Shown in pieces: positions 36,192 to 47,484 of a stretch of DNA of 50,856 bases (position 1 is its first letter; each line of letters starts with the position of its first letter). Made by a program: the position numbers and the translations under genes. This DNA is from a virus (lineage: Duplodnaviria; Heunggongvirae; Uroviricota; Caudoviricetes): positions 1 to 50,856 of the IMG/VR virus record IMGVR_UViG_3300033233_000013. The stretch is one strand, 5' to 3'. Below the pieces are notes generated by a model that ran no database searches, was not told the DNA's origin, and saw only the letters and a list, made by a program, of their open reading frames with translations.

Positions 36192-37055
36192 CTACTGGTT
36201 CAACACTTTGTGCACTAACGGAACGTCTACGACCCCGACATCTTTCACTTGCGGCGCGTCGTCGTGCCAGACACGGAGAATGTCGCCGTTGGTCCGCACC
36301 TGCCCCATCGGATTCGCAACGGGATCGTAGACGCCGCCCGACGCGAACGTCGACGAGTCGGATTCCCGCGTGGCCTGGATCCGCCACTGGTCCCCGAGCG
36401 TCAGCACGCTGTCGCCGCCGCCGGTGAAGGTCAGCGTGAGGCCCGTGCCGGTGAGCGCAACCGGGACGCCGAACGCGACCGTCGCGCTCCCCGAGGGCGC
36501 GCTCCCGTTGGACGCCCAGCCGATGTGCGCCACGCCGCTCCCGCCGGCCGCCGTCACCGTGATGGTGATCGTCTGGCTGTCCGCGCCGGCGTAGCTCCCG
36601 CCGAGCAGAATCTCGACGTTCGCGCGATCGTCGCCGGCGCGGGCACCGTCGACCATGAGCGCGCCGCGGGTGACGAACGTGACGCCGCCGCCGTAGAGTG
36701 CGAGCTCCGACCAGGTGCCGAGCGCGTCGTCTTCCCCGAAGCGGAAGACGAGATAGAGGAAGTTGGAGCGCAGGCGGCGCCCTTGGGCATCGACGGCGGT
36801 CGGCGAGAGCTCGCGCCAGCGCTGGCCATCGGAGGTGCGGACGGCGCCTGCCACATCCGGCACGCAATAGGCGCGGTGGAGAAAGAGCGCGCGCCCGATC
36901 TCGTGCTGCAAGGACCGGGCGGCCGGGTCGATCGGCACCGCGCCGCTCCCGTCGCCGACCGCGAGGTGCGTGAGCGTCTGGCTGACGGCGACGCCCTCGC
37001 AGAGCGCTTGCGCCTGGAGCTCAGTCGCGGCGTCCATCGTCGCTTGGATCTGCAT
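36192..37055 (-). CDS. Baseplate/tail-fibre attachment protein (287 aa)
   Basis: LTHLAVGDG...LQHEIGRA...WSELALY pattern; start at MQIQAT (37055). Confidence 0.7.
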   Translation of the reverse strand: MQIQATMDAATELQAQALCEGVAVSQTLTHLAVGDGSGAVPIDPAARSLQHEIGRALFLHRAYCVPDVAGAVRTSDGQRWRELSPTAVDAQGRRLRSNFLYLVFRFGEDDALGTWSELALYGGGVTFVTRGALMVDGARAGDDRANVEILLGGSYAGADSQTITITVTAAGGSGVAHIGWASNGSAPSGSATVAFGVPVALTGTGLTLTFTGGGDSVLTLGDQWRIQATRESDSSTFASGGVYDPVANPMGQVRTNGDILRVWHDDAPQVKDVGVVDVPLVHKVLNQ

Positions 37056-37063
37056 GGGGTCCT

Positions 37064-38044
37064 CTACGGGCCGATCTTGCCGACCCCGATCGGCGTCACA
37101 CCGATCTGCATCGGCGGCGGCGGCGTGATCGAGATCGGCGTGTCGTCGAAATGGATGGTCGTCGTTGCGCCAGCGTCGAGGGGCTCCTGCCCGAGGACGA
37201 AGACCGTGATGCCGCCCGCGACGTTCTGCTGCGCGGCGGTCACCGCGGCGGCGGTCGGAAAGCCGGCGAGGCGGACCTCGCACGTGGCCGCATTGTAGTA
37301 TCGGCCCATCAGGCGATCGCGATTGACGCGGCCGCGGTTGGCGCGGAAGACGTCGGGATAGAGATCCCGCACCTCGAGGACCTGGACGCCCGTGTCCTCT
37401 TCGATCAGCGTGGCGAGCGCGAAGTTGTTCTCGCGCGGCCGCACGAGCTCGCGCCGCTGGCGCGTGGTGTAGGGGTCGTCCGCCTCGGCCGGACGGCGCG
37501 GCGTCACCGTATGGAGGCCCCAGTAGTCGGCGAAGAAGCCGGCGGCGCGGAGGAGGAAGAGCTGCGCGATCGCACGCTCGAGCGTCGTCACATGCGCCTT
37601 CAGCGCGTGGCGGAAGGGCTCGAGGATCCGCCAGAGCGGACTCGTCCAGCGGGCGAACGCGGTCCCCGGCCCGACGACCGCGAACTCGTCGGGCGCGAAG
37701 TCGACGTCGGCGAATTCCGGTCCCGCCGGCGCGATCGCAACGCCCTCCTCCTCGAGGAGCGTGATCGCCTGCACGGCGCCGGCGCCGGGATCGGCGAGGA
37801 CGGCGAGGTAGCCCGGGAGCGCGTTCAGCATCGCGAGGAGCTCGGCGTAGGTGAGCCCCGCCTCGAGGTCGACCGTCGTCCCGACCGCGCCGTCCATGCC
37901 GTGCACCACGAGCGTCCCGTCGTCGATGTCCACGGTGAGCCGTCCCGTCCCACGATAGGCGAGTCGGAGCGTCGGCACGGCCATCGGATCCCGCCGGTAG
38001 ACGAGCGGCAACGCCTCGAGGAGTCGGTCGCGATCGAAACTCAT
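37064..38044 (-). CDS. Baseplate wedge protein (P2 gpI/gp7-like)
   Basis: AAGFFADYWG...RRPAEADDPY..R; follows the baseplate J gene. Confidence 0.75.
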   Translation of the reverse strand: MSFDRDRLLEALPLVYRRDPMAVPTLRLAYRGTGRLTVDIDDGTLVVHGMDGAVGTTVDLEAGLTYAELLAMLNALPGYLAVLADPGAGAVQAITLLEEEGVAIAPAGPEFADVDFAPDEFAVVGPGTAFARWTSPLWRILEPFRHALKAHVTTLERAIAQLFLLRAAGFFADYWGLHTVTPRRPAEADDPYTTRQRRELVRPRENNFALATLIEEDTGVQVLEVRDLYPDVFRANRGRVNRDRLMGRYYNAATCEVRLAGFPTAAAVTAAQQNVAGGITVFVLGQEPLDAGATTTIHFDDTPISITPPPPMQIGVTPIGVGKIGP

Positions 38045-39219
38045 GCTTGGGTGATTGTGACCGCGCCGGGCATGATGCGCGCGCCGCGGAGGGTCGAGAG
38101 GTTCGCGGTCGGTGTCGTGAACGTGACGTCTTTCACCCCGCGGACCGATGCCACCGCGCAGATGAGATCGGCGAGCACGAGGTCCTGGAAGACGCCGAGG
38201 CCGAAGAGCTGCTGCTCGACCGCCATCCGCACGAGCGGCGTGACGTCGGGAAAGGTATAGCCCGGATCGAGCGCGATCGTGAGCACGGGGGCGACGATCT
38301 GCGGCACGACGGCTTTCACGAGGACCGTCTCGCCGGCGGCCTTGTATCCCGGGACGCGCGCGCCGGCGGTCGTGAAGCTGCCGTCGATGATCGCTTGGGC
38401 GTCGGCGACAAGCGCCGGCGTGGCCCCCGCGCCGCCGTTGTCGATCACGACGTCGACGAGGCCCCGCTTGTCGGGGACCCGGGTCGCGCGCGCGAAGAGC
38501 GCGCGCTCGGAGACGATCCCGGCGGTCAAGACCTGCGCCCGGAGTGCACCCCGCTCGAGGCCTCCGAGCTGCGCGCGGCCGAGGTTCCGAATGTAGCGCT
38601 GGAAGCGCGCCCGGCGCCCCTCGGCGGTCTCCGCCTCGGCGCCGTTCAGGAACGCTTGGGGATTGGTCGCACTCGCGATCCCGGTAATCGCCTCCAACAG
38701 CAAGCCCGAGGAGCGGAGCACCATGGTGTTGGCCGACGTATTGCCGACGGTGCCGGGCGTCGCCGCCTCCGCGAGCGTCTCGGCAAAGGTCTCGCCGGCG
38801 CGGAGCGTGACGGGGACGATCGTCCGGTAGAGCCGCTCGGGCTGGGCGCCGACGGCCGGTACGCGGAGCTCGGCGCCGAGCTCGATCGGGATGTCCCCCG
38901 CGATGTTCGGGTTCCGCTCGAACCGGACGAGGCCGGTTGCCGCGATCGCGGGGAGTGCCGGGAAGCCGGTGAAGGTCGTGACGCCATCGCCCTCGCCCAA
39001 ATCGTAGAGGACCTCGGGAATCGCCCGGAGCGCCATTTCGAACGCCTTGGCGTCCAAGTGCTCGAAGCGGATTGCCACTGTCTCGAGGAGCGTCTTCACG
39101 ACGGCGCCGTCGTTGAAGTCGGTGACGCGACCGGCCGTGTCGGCGGAAAGACCCAGCAGCCAGGCGATCATCGCGTCCCGGTGGACGCTCGCGTGTACAC
39201 GTTCGAAGGGGACGTTCAT
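38041..39219 (-). CDS. Baseplate J-like wedge protein (392 aa)
   Basis: DFNDGAVVKTLLE, ATPGTVGN, NGAEAETAEGRRARF, YKAAG motifs. Confidence 0.92.
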   Translation of the reverse strand: MNVPFERVHASVHRDAMIAWLLGLSADTAGRVTDFNDGAVVKTLLETVAIRFEHLDAKAFEMALRAIPEVLYDLGEGDGVTTFTGFPALPAIAATGLVRFERNPNIAGDIPIELGAELRVPAVGAQPERLYRTIVPVTLRAGETFAETLAEAATPGTVGNTSANTMVLRSSGLLLEAITGIASATNPQAFLNGAEAETAEGRRARFQRYIRNLGRAQLGGLERGALRAQVLTAGIVSERALFARATRVPDKRGLVDVVIDNGGAGATPALVADAQAIIDGSFTTAGARVPGYKAAGETVLVKAVVPQIVAPVLTIALDPGYTFPDVTPLVRMAVEQQLFGLGVFQDLVLADLICAVASVRGVKDVTFTTPTANLSTLRGARIMPGAVTITQA

Positions 39220-39223
39220 CGGG

Positions 39224-39610
39224 TCACCCCGTTGCCACAACGGCGTCGTCCGGCGTCGGCACCCTACTTTCGGGTTTTCTTACTTCTGTACTTTCCGATT
39301 TCTCGGATTCTTGATTTCCGGCCGCAACGATCGCACGTGCATCGAGCCGCTCAATGAGCGCTGCGAGCCGGCGCCGCCGCTGCGGGTTCTCACCGTTGAC
39401 GATGAGGAGCGCTTCGATCCGGGCGCGGTGACGGATGAGCGCCCCGGCATGAGGCTCGACCCGCCGGCAGAGACTGGCGATCGTGAGCTCGAGGACGGCG
39501 ACCCGGCGGCGCGCGGCGGCGAGCTCCTCGCGCCGCCACGCTAGGCGCGCGCGGAGGTGCCACCACGGTGGCCGCGGCGCGCCCGACCAGGTTGGCACGG
39601 ACGCGGTCAT
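39224..39610 (-). CDS. Hypothetical basic protein (128 aa)
   Basis: ATGA overlap with the giant upstream gene. Confidence 0.5.
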   Translation of the reverse strand: MTASVPTWSGAPRPPWWHLRARLAWRREELAAARRRVAVLELTIASLCRRVEPHAGALIRHRARIEALLIVNGENPQRRRRLAALIERLDARAIVAAGNQESEKSESTEVRKPESRVPTPDDAVVATG

Positions 39611-42600
39611 GCGTGGTCTCCCGCGCTCGGCCAGTCGGTGAGGAACATCCGCCGGCGCGTCCGCGGGAGCGGCGTCGGCGCGATCGTCGGCGTGGGCGTC
39701 CGGGTGACGGTCGGCGTCGGGGTCGGGGTCACGGTCGGCGTTGGCGACTCCGTCGGCGTCGGGGTCGCCGTCTTGGTCGCGGTCGGTGTCGCCGTGAGCG
39801 TCGGCGTTGCCGTTTTCGTCGGCGTCGGCGTGGCCGTCGCCGTCGGCGTCGCGGAGAGGGTCGGCGTCGGCGTCTTCGTCACCGTCGGCGTCGGCGTTGC
39901 GACCGCGCCGAAGTCTTCGAAGGGTCCGACGTTGGCCGAGGCGTCCGCCCAGAGCTCGCCGACGTCCGCCCCCGCCGACCAGGTGCAGGGCGCGCCGTTG
40001 AACGTGATGTCCGTCGCCGTCATGGAGACGATCTGGCGCACGCCGCAGGCGCCCTCGATCTGGATCTCGAAGCAGCCGGGGTTCACGCTTGAGGCGGCGC
40101 GGACGCCCTTCCCTTTGCAGTCGGTGTTCTTCAGCTGCCAGTATTTGCCGGGGTAGACGAAGTAGCGCCGCGGGTCGTTCGTATGGCCGCCGCCGATCCC
40201 GGCGCCGGGATTCGACTTGCAGGTGACGGCGATCGTGTTCGCCCCGCCGCCGCCCTGCGTGCTCGTCGCCTTGCAGACCGCCTCGCCATGGTCGACATAG
40301 CTCGCGCTCGTCGGGACGAGGTTTTGGAGTTGCGCCATACTCGCATCCGAGCTCCGCGTGCCGGGATAGCCGGGATCGGCGCGGAAGTTGCCGCTGTTGA
40401 AGGTCGGGTGATCGCTATTGAACGTCGATGCGACTTGGCCGCATGTGTACTGGAAGACGGTCGGATTCCCGCCGGTGCCGCGCGCCCACTTGATGCAGTC
40501 CGCCCCGCTGCTCCGCTCGGTATAGCCGAAGCCGTTCCCCACGAGCGGGCATCCCTCGTTGTTGTCGCACGCGTGGACGGTCGTGCCGTCGGTCTCCGCA
40601 ACCGCAATGCGCTCGGTGCCGGTCGTCGCGCGCCCATCGAAGACGTTGTCGAGGAAGTGCACGTTCTGGATGTCGGCGAAGGTGGCGCCGAAAGCGGCGA
40701 GCGCCCACGCGGCCGAGGAGTTGCCGGTGAGGCCGGCTTCCCAGAAGAGGTTATGGTCCGCCGTGACGTCGTGCGAGTCCTCGGTCACCTCGAGGCCGTT
40801 GCCGACGTGCCCCGCGCTGTCGACGGTGCAAACGTTGTAGCTGATCGCGGTCTCGCCGCAGATCGTCGTCGGCGCCTCGGCCTGGCACGAGTGCTTGATG
40901 CAGTGGTCGCCGTTCGGGTTCCCATAGATGCCGGCAACGACGTTGTAGCGGATGTTGGTGCGGAAGAGCGGATGGCCTGCGTCATTCTGCATCCCGATGT
41001 CGATGCCGTCGGCCATCCCGCTGCAGAGGTTGCCGTCGATGAGGCCGTCCTGGGTGCCCTGGAACGTCACGCAGTCGAGGTTGTTCGGGCTTTGCGGGCA
41101 CGTGCTCGACGGACACTCGCTGTCGTTCGAGCAGAGTGCGCCGCTGTTGGCCCCCGCCGCGCAGCGCGCGACCCGCGGGCCGAGCGTGCTGCCGACGACG
41201 GACGGCGTATCGACCTCCTGGAGCCAGATGCAGCCCGAGGGCACGCCATCGACGGGGCACGGGCCGATCCGGCTGTTCGTGATCGTGATCCCGCTCCCGC
41301 CGCCGGCGCCGAACTGGATCAAATCGCGCTGCGAGCTCGTGACGTTCGCGCCGTCGGCCCAACAGTCATCGATCTGAATGTCGTGCGAGCCCATGGCGCC
41401 CATGACGGCGCCCGCGTTGGCCCCCGAGCCGCTTGGCCGGATCGTGAAGCCGCGGAGGATGCCGAACGAGGCTTGATCGTTGCCGTTGCACGCGACCGAC
41501 GAGACGCCTGAACACCCCATGCAGACGACCGCGCAGTCGGCGCTCGCGACGTTCAGATTCGTGCCGGTCAGGATGCAGGAGCGATTCGAGCCGTCGCACT
41601 GGATCGTCCACGGCACGCTCGCCGTACCGTCGAAGGGGGCGGCGATCTTCTCGGCGTAGGTGCCGGCCGCGAAGTGGACGATCGCCTGGCTGCCGACGTT
41701 CAGCGCTGCCTGGATGTTGTTCGCGCACCCGTCGCCGTCGCAGCCGGTCGAGAGCATGTACGGCCACGTCCGGCAAGCGGTGCCGGCCGTCGGCCCGCAA
41801 TTCGCGACGTTCGTCTTCGCGGCGTCGACGTAGAAGTCGACGACCGGCGGCGGCGCGGTCGGCGTGGCCGAGGTCGTCGGCGTCGGGGTCGGTGTCGGCG
41901 TCAGGCCGGTGCCAACCGGCGCCGGCGCCTCGAGCGCGCCGGGATCGGGCGCGGCGCCGTTCCAGGGATACGACACCATGGCGCTGTTCGACCACGCGCA
42001 CGCGGCGCCGCTGAAGGTGATGTCGGTCGTCGTGAGCGCGGTGATCTGCCGCACGCCCGCACAGCCTTCGATCTGCACGTCGTAGCAGCCGGGGTCGGTC
42101 GCATCCGCGAGGCGGACGGCGTTGTTCGACTTACAGTCGTCGTTCGCGAGATCGTAGAAGTCCGACGGTTGGACGAACCACGCCTTCGCGCCCCGTCCCG
42201 CGGGATTGGCGCCGAGACACGTCACCGAGACGGTGTTACCGCTGCCGCCCGACGACGCGCGGCAGAGCGGCTCTCCCTGGTCGATGAGCGTGCTCGACGG
42301 CTGCAGTCGGAGATTCGCGACCACGTCCGAGTTCCGGCTCACGAACTTAGGATCGGTCCGCACGTTCAGACTGTGCTCGGTCTTCGCGTTGAAGCTGCCC
42401 GTGTCGCTCCCGATCGCCGTGCCGAAGTCGCTGCACGGATAGGTCTGGTTTCCCTGGTCGGTCGGCTCCCAGCGGATACAGGTGCCGCCGAGGCCGTTCG
42501 GGAAGTCGAAGATGTTGTTCACGAACGGGCACGGGTTGCCGGCCGGGCAGGCAGCGACCGTGCCCGCGTCATGCTCGACGGTCACGGCGCCCGCGCCGGT

Positions 42601-45600
42601 AAAGGCCGCATCGCTGCTGAGGATGTTATCGCGGAAGTGGAGATCGAGGTTCTGATTCGGCCCGAAGCCCGTGCCCTCCGAGTACATCCAGAAGTGCGTG
42701 CCTTGGCCGGCATGGTTCGAGAAGGTCGTGTTGGCGAACGAGTTGCCGAGGTGGCTGAGCTCGTTCCAGGTGATGCCGTTCGTGTTGACGACCGTGGTAC
42801 AGGCGCCGCCCGGACACTGCGAGTTGACGCTGCAGAGGGCGCCGCGGTTCGCGCCGGCGACGCACATGGTGCGGGTGTGCAGCACGTTGCGGAGCACCGA
42901 GAGGTCGTGGTTGAACCCGAAGGACGGCGAGACGGCCGCCGAGGCGATATCGCCGCTGATCTTGATGAGCTGCGAGCCGTTGCCGCCGCCGCCGCTCGAT
43001 GCCGCGACGTCGTTGAACCGGACGATCCCGGGGCCGAGCGGCGTGCTGTTGAGCTGCCCGATGTCGATCACGTCCGAGCAGCCGAAGGCCGTGACGCCGT
43101 CGATCAGGAACGTGTCGATGTCCTGGAACGTCAGGCAGTCGACGTTCGCCGTCGACGGGAAGTCGTTCAGCGGGCCGTCCTGCCCGCCGACGTAGGCGAT
43201 ATGGCTCGTCGCCTGCCCGAACGTGCAGCCCGTCGATGACCCGTTGCCGACACAGTTCTTGGTCGTCAGACGGAGATTCGTGATGTAGCTCGCGCCCGGG
43301 ATGTAGCCGACCCCATAGCTTCCCGTGGTGTTGCCGAACTGATCGACGATGACGTCCTTGAGGAGGATTTTGTCATCGCCGCCCGCCCCATCGTGCAGGA
43401 TGGCGACCGAGCCGTTCGCCGTCGGGCCGATCTGGAAACCGACGAAGTGGATGTAATGCGCGGCGCCGCCGCCGCAGGATGTGAGCGCGCGCCCGAAGGC
43501 GACCGCGCCGCAGGTGCTACTGAGGCCCACGCCAAGCTTGCAACTGGCGATCGCGCCGTCACACTGAATCGTGACCGGATGGCCCGCCGTTCCGGTGAAC
43601 GAGACGCCCATGTACTGGGGATAGTTGCCCGGCAGGACGTGCACGATCGTGTCGGACGTGACGAAGCTCGCGCAGCCGCTGCCGCCGCAGGCGTTGTTGC
43701 TGGTCATGAGATAGGCCCACGTCTGGCAGGGCTGCGTTGGGAGCTTCCCGCACGCGTTGGTGTTCAAGCCGAGACCATCGCCTGTGAGGCCGCTCGCGTT
43801 GTCGATGCCGTCGTCGAGGTAGAGCGCGAGGCCGCTCGGCGTGCCCGTCGCGGTCGGTGTCGGGGTCTTGGTGAGCGTCGGCGTCGCCGTGACGGTCGGC
43901 GTCCCTGGCGTGCCCGTGAATGTCGGCGTCGGTGTCGGCGTCACCGTCGGCGTCGGGGAGAGGGTCGGAGTCGGGGTCTTCGTGACCGTCGGCGTCGGCG
44001 TCTCAGTCGGCACGCCGCCGACGTCGGTATAGATCGTGAAATAAAAGTCCGCGTTTAGGTCGCCCGGCAGTCCGTCCTGGTGCGTGCCGTCGTAGTTCGT
44101 ATCCTCGTAGGCGTCGGGCACGTTCCGATCGTCCCACCGGATCAGGTTCGTGAGGTCGCCATCCGACTGCAGGACGATCCAGAAGTCGCCCGACGGCGCC
44201 GGCTTGTTCGACGACCACGTGATCGCGGTGATCGTCGCCGGTGCGGGCGTTGTCGGGAGCGTCGCGACGTCGACCGAGACGGAGTCGCCGCCGAGCTGCA
44301 CGTCGGGACAAGACACCGCGCCGCCCGGACAGCCCGTCGTCTTGTCGCTCCAGACCTCGAAATGCAGATGGCCGGTCGCGGCCGTGTTGTTGAAGATCGA
44401 TGCGTCGACCCGGCAGACGGTGACCAGCGTCGCGTTCTTGATCCGCTGGCGCGGCGCGTTCGTGACGGACATCGTGTTGTCGACGCGCCAGTAGTCGTTC
44501 CGCGTGCCGACCTGGGTCATGGTGCCCGAGGCTGAGCACGAAGCCGGCGTCGACGTGACCGTCGGCGTCGGTGTCGCGGTCTTCGTCGGCGTGGCGGTGA
44601 GGGTCGGCGTCGGCGTGGGCGTCGTGGTCGGCGTCGGCGTCGCCGTCGGCGTCGGCGAGAGGGTCGGCGTTGGCGTCTTGGTGACCGTCGGGGTGGGGGT
44701 GACATCTGGGGTGAACGTCGGCGTCGGCGTGGCGGTCACCGTCGGGGTCGCGGTCACGGTCGGCGTCGGCGTCGGGGTCTTCGTGATCGTCGGCGTCGGC
44801 GTGGCGCTGAGCGTGGGGGTTACGGTCGGACCGCTCCCGGGATCGCAGCCGCCGCACGCGGTCCCGCCGTGGCTCCCGTTCCCGTCGGGGTCGTGCTGGC
44901 AGAGGTCGCAGGTCTCCGTCGTCGAGAGGCCGCGCGAGAAACCGACCAGCGCGTCGATCTTGCCGTTCCAGAAGTCTTTGGTCGCGCCCGCCGCGCTCAC
45001 CCAGGCGCCGATGTGCGCGTCCTCGGCGGAGTTGCAGAGGCCGCTCGTCCACGCCATCGACGTCGACTCGTTCACCCCGTTGCCATAGATGTCGAGCCGG
45101 AGATTGACGTTGTCGTCGGCGAAGCAGACGTAGTAGTCGGTGTTCGTGACCGGGACGAGCGTCGAGGTGAGGGTCGTCGCGACGCCGCTACAGGCCGAAC
45201 CCGTGATCAACACCTGGAAGTGTCCGGTCGCGTTCTCACGCCGGAGATTGATGCTGCGGTTCGAGCTGTCGTTTCCCTTGGCGTAGATCGTCTTCCACGA
45301 GCCCGAGGTCGTATCGAGCCGGACCCAGGCGCAGACGCTCATCTTCGCCGTCGCGCCGCCGACGTCCCAGCGCGTGCAGGTCGCATCGGTGCACGACGCC
45401 GTATCCGACTCCGCACTGTTGAATTGTCCGCTCTGGCTCCCCCACCAGAAGTTCGTGGTGTTCCCCGTGATGCCGCTATTCGTGAAGTTCTGCGCCGGGC
45501 TGCCGCACGTGTCGTTCGTCAACGCCCCCGCCTCGAAACTGAACGCGCCGAGGAGCGCACTGTCGGCGCAGTAGTTCGTCGCGCCCGCCGGTGCGGCCAG

Positions 45601-45657
45601 CGCGAGCAGGCCGAGGACCGTGGCGATGGCGAGGCGAACGCGGCGCGCGCGCGTCAT
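39607..45657 (-). CDS. Giant secreted multidomain protein (2,016 aa): signal peptide, LamG/ConA-like domain, Pro/Thr linkers, two parallel beta-helix (pectin-lyase-like) modules
   Basis: [26 protein letters not shown] signal; SVCAWVR...WNGKID LamG pattern; four (T/P)-rich linkers; two homologous modules beginning YLD/YVD...C.TW.YxxS and ending GCxxxQIEG..GVRQI...TDITF. Confidence 0.8.
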   Translation of the reverse strand: MTRARRVRLAIATVLGLLALAAPAGATNYCADSALLGAFSFEAGALTNDTCGSPAQNFTNSGITGNTTNFWWGSQSGQFNSAESDTASCTDATCTRWDVGGATAKMSVCAWVRLDTTSGSWKTIYAKGNDSSNRSINLRRENATGHFQVLITGSACSGVATTLTSTLVPVTNTDYYVCFADDNVNLRLDIYGNGVNESTSMAWTSGLCNSAEDAHIGAWVSAAGATKDFWNGKIDALVGFSRGLSTTETCDLCQHDPDGNGSHGGTACGGCDPGSGPTVTPTLSATPTPTITKTPTPTPTVTATPTVTATPTPTFTPDVTPTPTVTKTPTPTLSPTPTATPTPTTTPTPTPTLTATPTKTATPTPTVTSTPASCSASGTMTQVGTRNDYWRVDNTMSVTNAPRQRIKNATLVTVCRVDASIFNNTAATGHLHFEVWSDKTTGCPGGAVSCPDVQLGGDSVSVDVATLPTTPAPATITAITWSSNKPAPSGDFWIVLQSDGDLTNLIRWDDRNVPDAYEDTNYDGTHQDGLPGDLNADFYFTIYTDVGGVPTETPTPTVTKTPTPTLSPTPTVTPTPTPTFTGTPGTPTVTATPTLTKTPTPTATGTPSGLALYLDDGIDNASGLTGDGLGLNTNACGKLPTQPCQTWAYLMTSNNACGGSGCASFVTSDTIVHVLPGNYPQYMGVSFTGTAGHPVTIQCDGAIASCKLGVGLSSTCGAVAFGRALTSCGGGAAHYIHFVGFQIGPTANGSVAILHDGAGGDDKILLKDVIVDQFGNTTGSYGVGYIPGASYITNLRLTTKNCVGNGSSTGCTFGQATSHIAYVGGQDGPLNDFPSTANVDCLTFQDIDTFLIDGVTAFGCSDVIDIGQLNSTPLGPGIVRFNDVAASSGGGGNGSQLIKISGDIASAAVSPSFGFNHDLSVLRNVLHTRTMCVAGANRGALCSVNSQCPGGACTTVVNTNGITWNELSHLGNSFANTTFSNHAGQGTHFWMYSEGTGFGPNQNLDLHFRDNILSSDAAFTGAGAVTVEHDAGTVAACPAGNPCPFVNNIFDFPNGLGGTCIRWEPTDQGNQTYPCSDFGTAIGSDTGSFNAKTEHSLNVRTDPKFVSRNSDVVANLRLQPSSTLIDQGEPLCRASSGGSGNTVSVTCLGANPAGRGAKAWFVQPSDFYDLANDDCKSNNAVRLADATDPGCYDVQIEGCAGVRQITALTTTDITFSGAACAWSNSAMVSYPWNGAAPDPGALEAPAPVGTGLTPTPTPTPTTSATPTAPPPVVDFYVDAAKTNVANCGPTAGTACRTWPYMLSTGCDGDGCANNIQAALNVGSQAIVHFAAGTYAEKIAAPFDGTASVPWTIQCDGSNRSCILTGTNLNVASADCAVVCMGCSGVSSVACNGNDQASFGILRGFTIRPSGSGANAGAVMGAMGSHDIQIDDCWADGANVTSSQRDLIQFGAGGGSGITITNSRIGPCPVDGVPSGCIWLQEVDTPSVVGSTLGPRVARCAAGANSGALCSNDSECPSSTCPQSPNNLDCVTFQGTQDGLIDGNLCSGMADGIDIGMQNDAGHPLFRTNIRYNVVAGIYGNPNGDHCIKHSCQAEAPTTICGETAISYNVCTVDSAGHVGNGLEVTEDSHDVTADHNLFWEAGLTGNSSAAWALAAFGATFADIQNVHFLDNVFDGRATTGTERIAVAETDGTTVHACDNNEGCPLVGNGFGYTERSSGADCIKWARGTGGNPTVFQYTCGQVASTFNSDHPTFNSGNFRADPGYPGTRSSDASMAQLQNLVPTSASYVDHGEAVCKATSTQGGGGANTIAVTCKSNPGAGIGGGHTNDPRRYFVYPGKYWQLKNTDCKGKGVRAASSVNPGCFEIQIEGACGVRQIVSMTATDITFNGAPCTWSAGADVGELWADASANVGPFEDFGAVATPTPTVTKTPTPTLSATPTATATPTPTKTATPTLTATPTATKTATPTPTESPTPTVTPTPTPTVTRTPTPTIAPTPLPRTRRRMFLTDWPSAGDHA

Positions 45658-46373
45658 TGCTTGGCCACCACGAAGCAGAAGGAGAGACTCTTGACCGTGC
45701 AAATGGAGCTCGGGCACTCGGAGTTGGTGGTGCAGGTCGCGGCCGCATTCGTCCCGGCGAGGCAGTTCCCCGCGACGGCGCCGATGGCGACGTTCACGAG
45801 ATCGCTCGCCGCCATCGTCGTGTCGCCGTTCATCGTCGTCGTGACGGTGCCCGCCGGCGTGCAGGCGAGATTCGACCCGTTCACCCCATCGGGCGTGCCG
45901 TCATCGACCTGGAGGTCGGCAGCGACCGAAGAGGTGCCCGACGCGACACACGTGCTCGAGGGGCAGATCGAATCATCGAAGCAGGATGTGGCGGCGTTCG
46001 GTCCGGCGGCGCAGCGTTTGAAGGGCGCGACCTTGCAGAAGAGCTTCTGGATCGTGAGGTCGCTCGGCGCCTGCCAGACGGTCGCGAGGATCTCGCCGGC
46101 GACCGGATTCTCGACCGGCACGCAGTGCTCTTGCTGCGCGAGGTTCGTGCCGTTCACGCCGAGGAAGGCTTCGATCGCCTGCACCTCGCGGCCGAGCGCC
46201 GAGAAGTCGCTCTTGTGGATGAGGCCGTCGGGCTCGACGTAGACGAAGAGCTGCGAGGGGAACTTGGCCGCCTGCGCCCACGCGAGGGTCGCGCAGATGA
46301 TCCCCGCGCACGCGGCGCTCCCGCAAAACCATGCGACCGCCCGACACCCCTTCGCTACCGTCTGGAACCGCAT
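45654..46373 (-). CDS. Exported/membrane Cys-rich protein (239 aa)
   Basis: N-terminal hydrophobic segment; two CxAGxNxxxxCxxxSxCPSSxC motifs; ATGA-coupled to the giant gene. Confidence 0.7.
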   Translation of the reverse strand: MRFQTVAKGCRAVAWFCGSAACAGIICATLAWAQAAKFPSQLFVYVEPDGLIHKSDFSALGREVQAIEAFLGVNGTNLAQQEHCVPVENPVAGEILATVWQAPSDLTIQKLFCKVAPFKRCAAGPNAATSCFDDSICPSSTCVASGTSSVAADLQVDDGTPDGVNGSNLACTPAGTVTTTMNGDTTMAASDLVNVAIGAVAGNCLAGTNAAATCTTNSECPSSICTVKSLSFCFVVAKQ

Positions 46374-46407
46374 CCCCTGCCCCCTTCCCCACCGCCGTAA
46401 GGCGGCT

Positions 46408-47484
46408 TCAGCCTGGTCCGCCGACTGTCTCCGGCAACACGAGGTTCATGGCCAGATCTCGCCCGCCCGCGCCGATCAGGCGCACCGTCATGTCCGCCGC
46501 GTTGATGGTGTTCGAAAACCGCTGGTGGCCGTCGCGAACCGCACTCACCCGCGGGTCCTGCATGACCGTCCGCGCGACGCCGATCCCCGCGAGGCTGACG
46601 TTCGCAAATGTCCCCTCGATGCCGACCGCGAGAAGCGTCTCCATCCCGTAGGCGGGGTGGAGCACGAGCTCACCGCGGCGCGTGCCGATCCTGAGACGCA
46701 GCGCCTGCTGCATGTTGGCGATGCCCTCGACCGTCCCGAGCTCGCCCGAGGCGGCAAAGTGCGGCACGCCATCGGTGAGATCGAGGTCGCGACCGTAGAG
46801 CTCGACGTCACGGACCGTCGCCGGCTGGAAGGCGTCCGGGACGCGCGCATCCGACGGCAACCAGAGGAGATCCCCCGGCACCTTCACATCCGCCGGCACG
46901 TTCTCTCGGTCTGCCTGTCCCGCCTGCAAGAACTCACCGCCCTCGAATTCCGAAGAGAACTCGCCGTGCGAGAAGTCGCGATCGGTCAGGAAGAACGGGT
47001 ACGCGAGATGGTTGATGTCGAGGATCTCCCAGGCGCGCTCGACGTCGCCGAGGCACGCGAGCGCGATCCGTTCCAGCGTGTCGTGTTGCCGCACGCGGTA
47101 CGGCACGAAGGGATTCGCATCCGGGACGAAGACGTTGTCGATCGTGCCGGTCGCGCTCGCCTGCGAGGCGAACGCGCGGCGGAGCGCCTGCAGCGAGAAG
47201 AGCCCGGCCGCCGCCGACCGCAGATCCACGAAGAGCGTCGGCGGGTAGTCGAGGTCGGCGAATCGCTCTTCGAGGAACGCGTCGATGAGCGCCGTCGTCG
47301 CGAGGACCTCGGCGAAGGGCACGGCCACCATGCGGGTCCGCTGCGCCTCGTACGCGGCGACGGCGTCGGCGATCGCCTGCCCCCGCGCGATGATCGTCTC
47401 GAGCGCGGCGAGTGCATCCTCCGCCGTCGGCTTCCCGCGCCGGCGGAGGTCCTCGAGGGTGGCGAGGTGATCCGAGAGCGCCAT
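46408..47484 (-). CDS. LysM-like plus gp25/GPW baseplate wedge fusion (358 aa)
   Basis: YRVRQHDTLERIALACLGDVERAWEILDIN (LysM); GELGTVEGIANMQQALRLRIGTRRGELVLHPAYG (gp25). Confidence 0.85.
   Translation of the reverse strand: MALSDHLATLEDLRRRGKPTAEDALAALETIIARGQAIADAVAAYEAQRTRMVAVPFAEVLATTALIDAFLEERFADLDYPPTLFVDLRSAAAGLFSLQALRRAFASQASATGTIDNVFVPDANPFVPYRVRQHDTLERIALACLGDVERAWEILDINHLAYPFFLTDRDFSHGEFSSEFEGGEFLQAGQADRENVPADVKVPGDLLWLPSDARVPDAFQPATVRDVELYGRDLDLTDGVPHFAASGELGTVEGIANMQQALRLRIGTRRGELVLHPAYGMETLLAVGIEGTFANVSLAGIGVARTVMQDPRVSAVRDGHQRFSNTINAADMTVRLIGAGGRDLAMNLVLPETVGGPG

Noticed and set aside
39660-44820. GTCGGCGTC tandem repeats as non-coding repeats or VNTR
   Set aside because: They encode the Thr/Pro linkers of the giant protein
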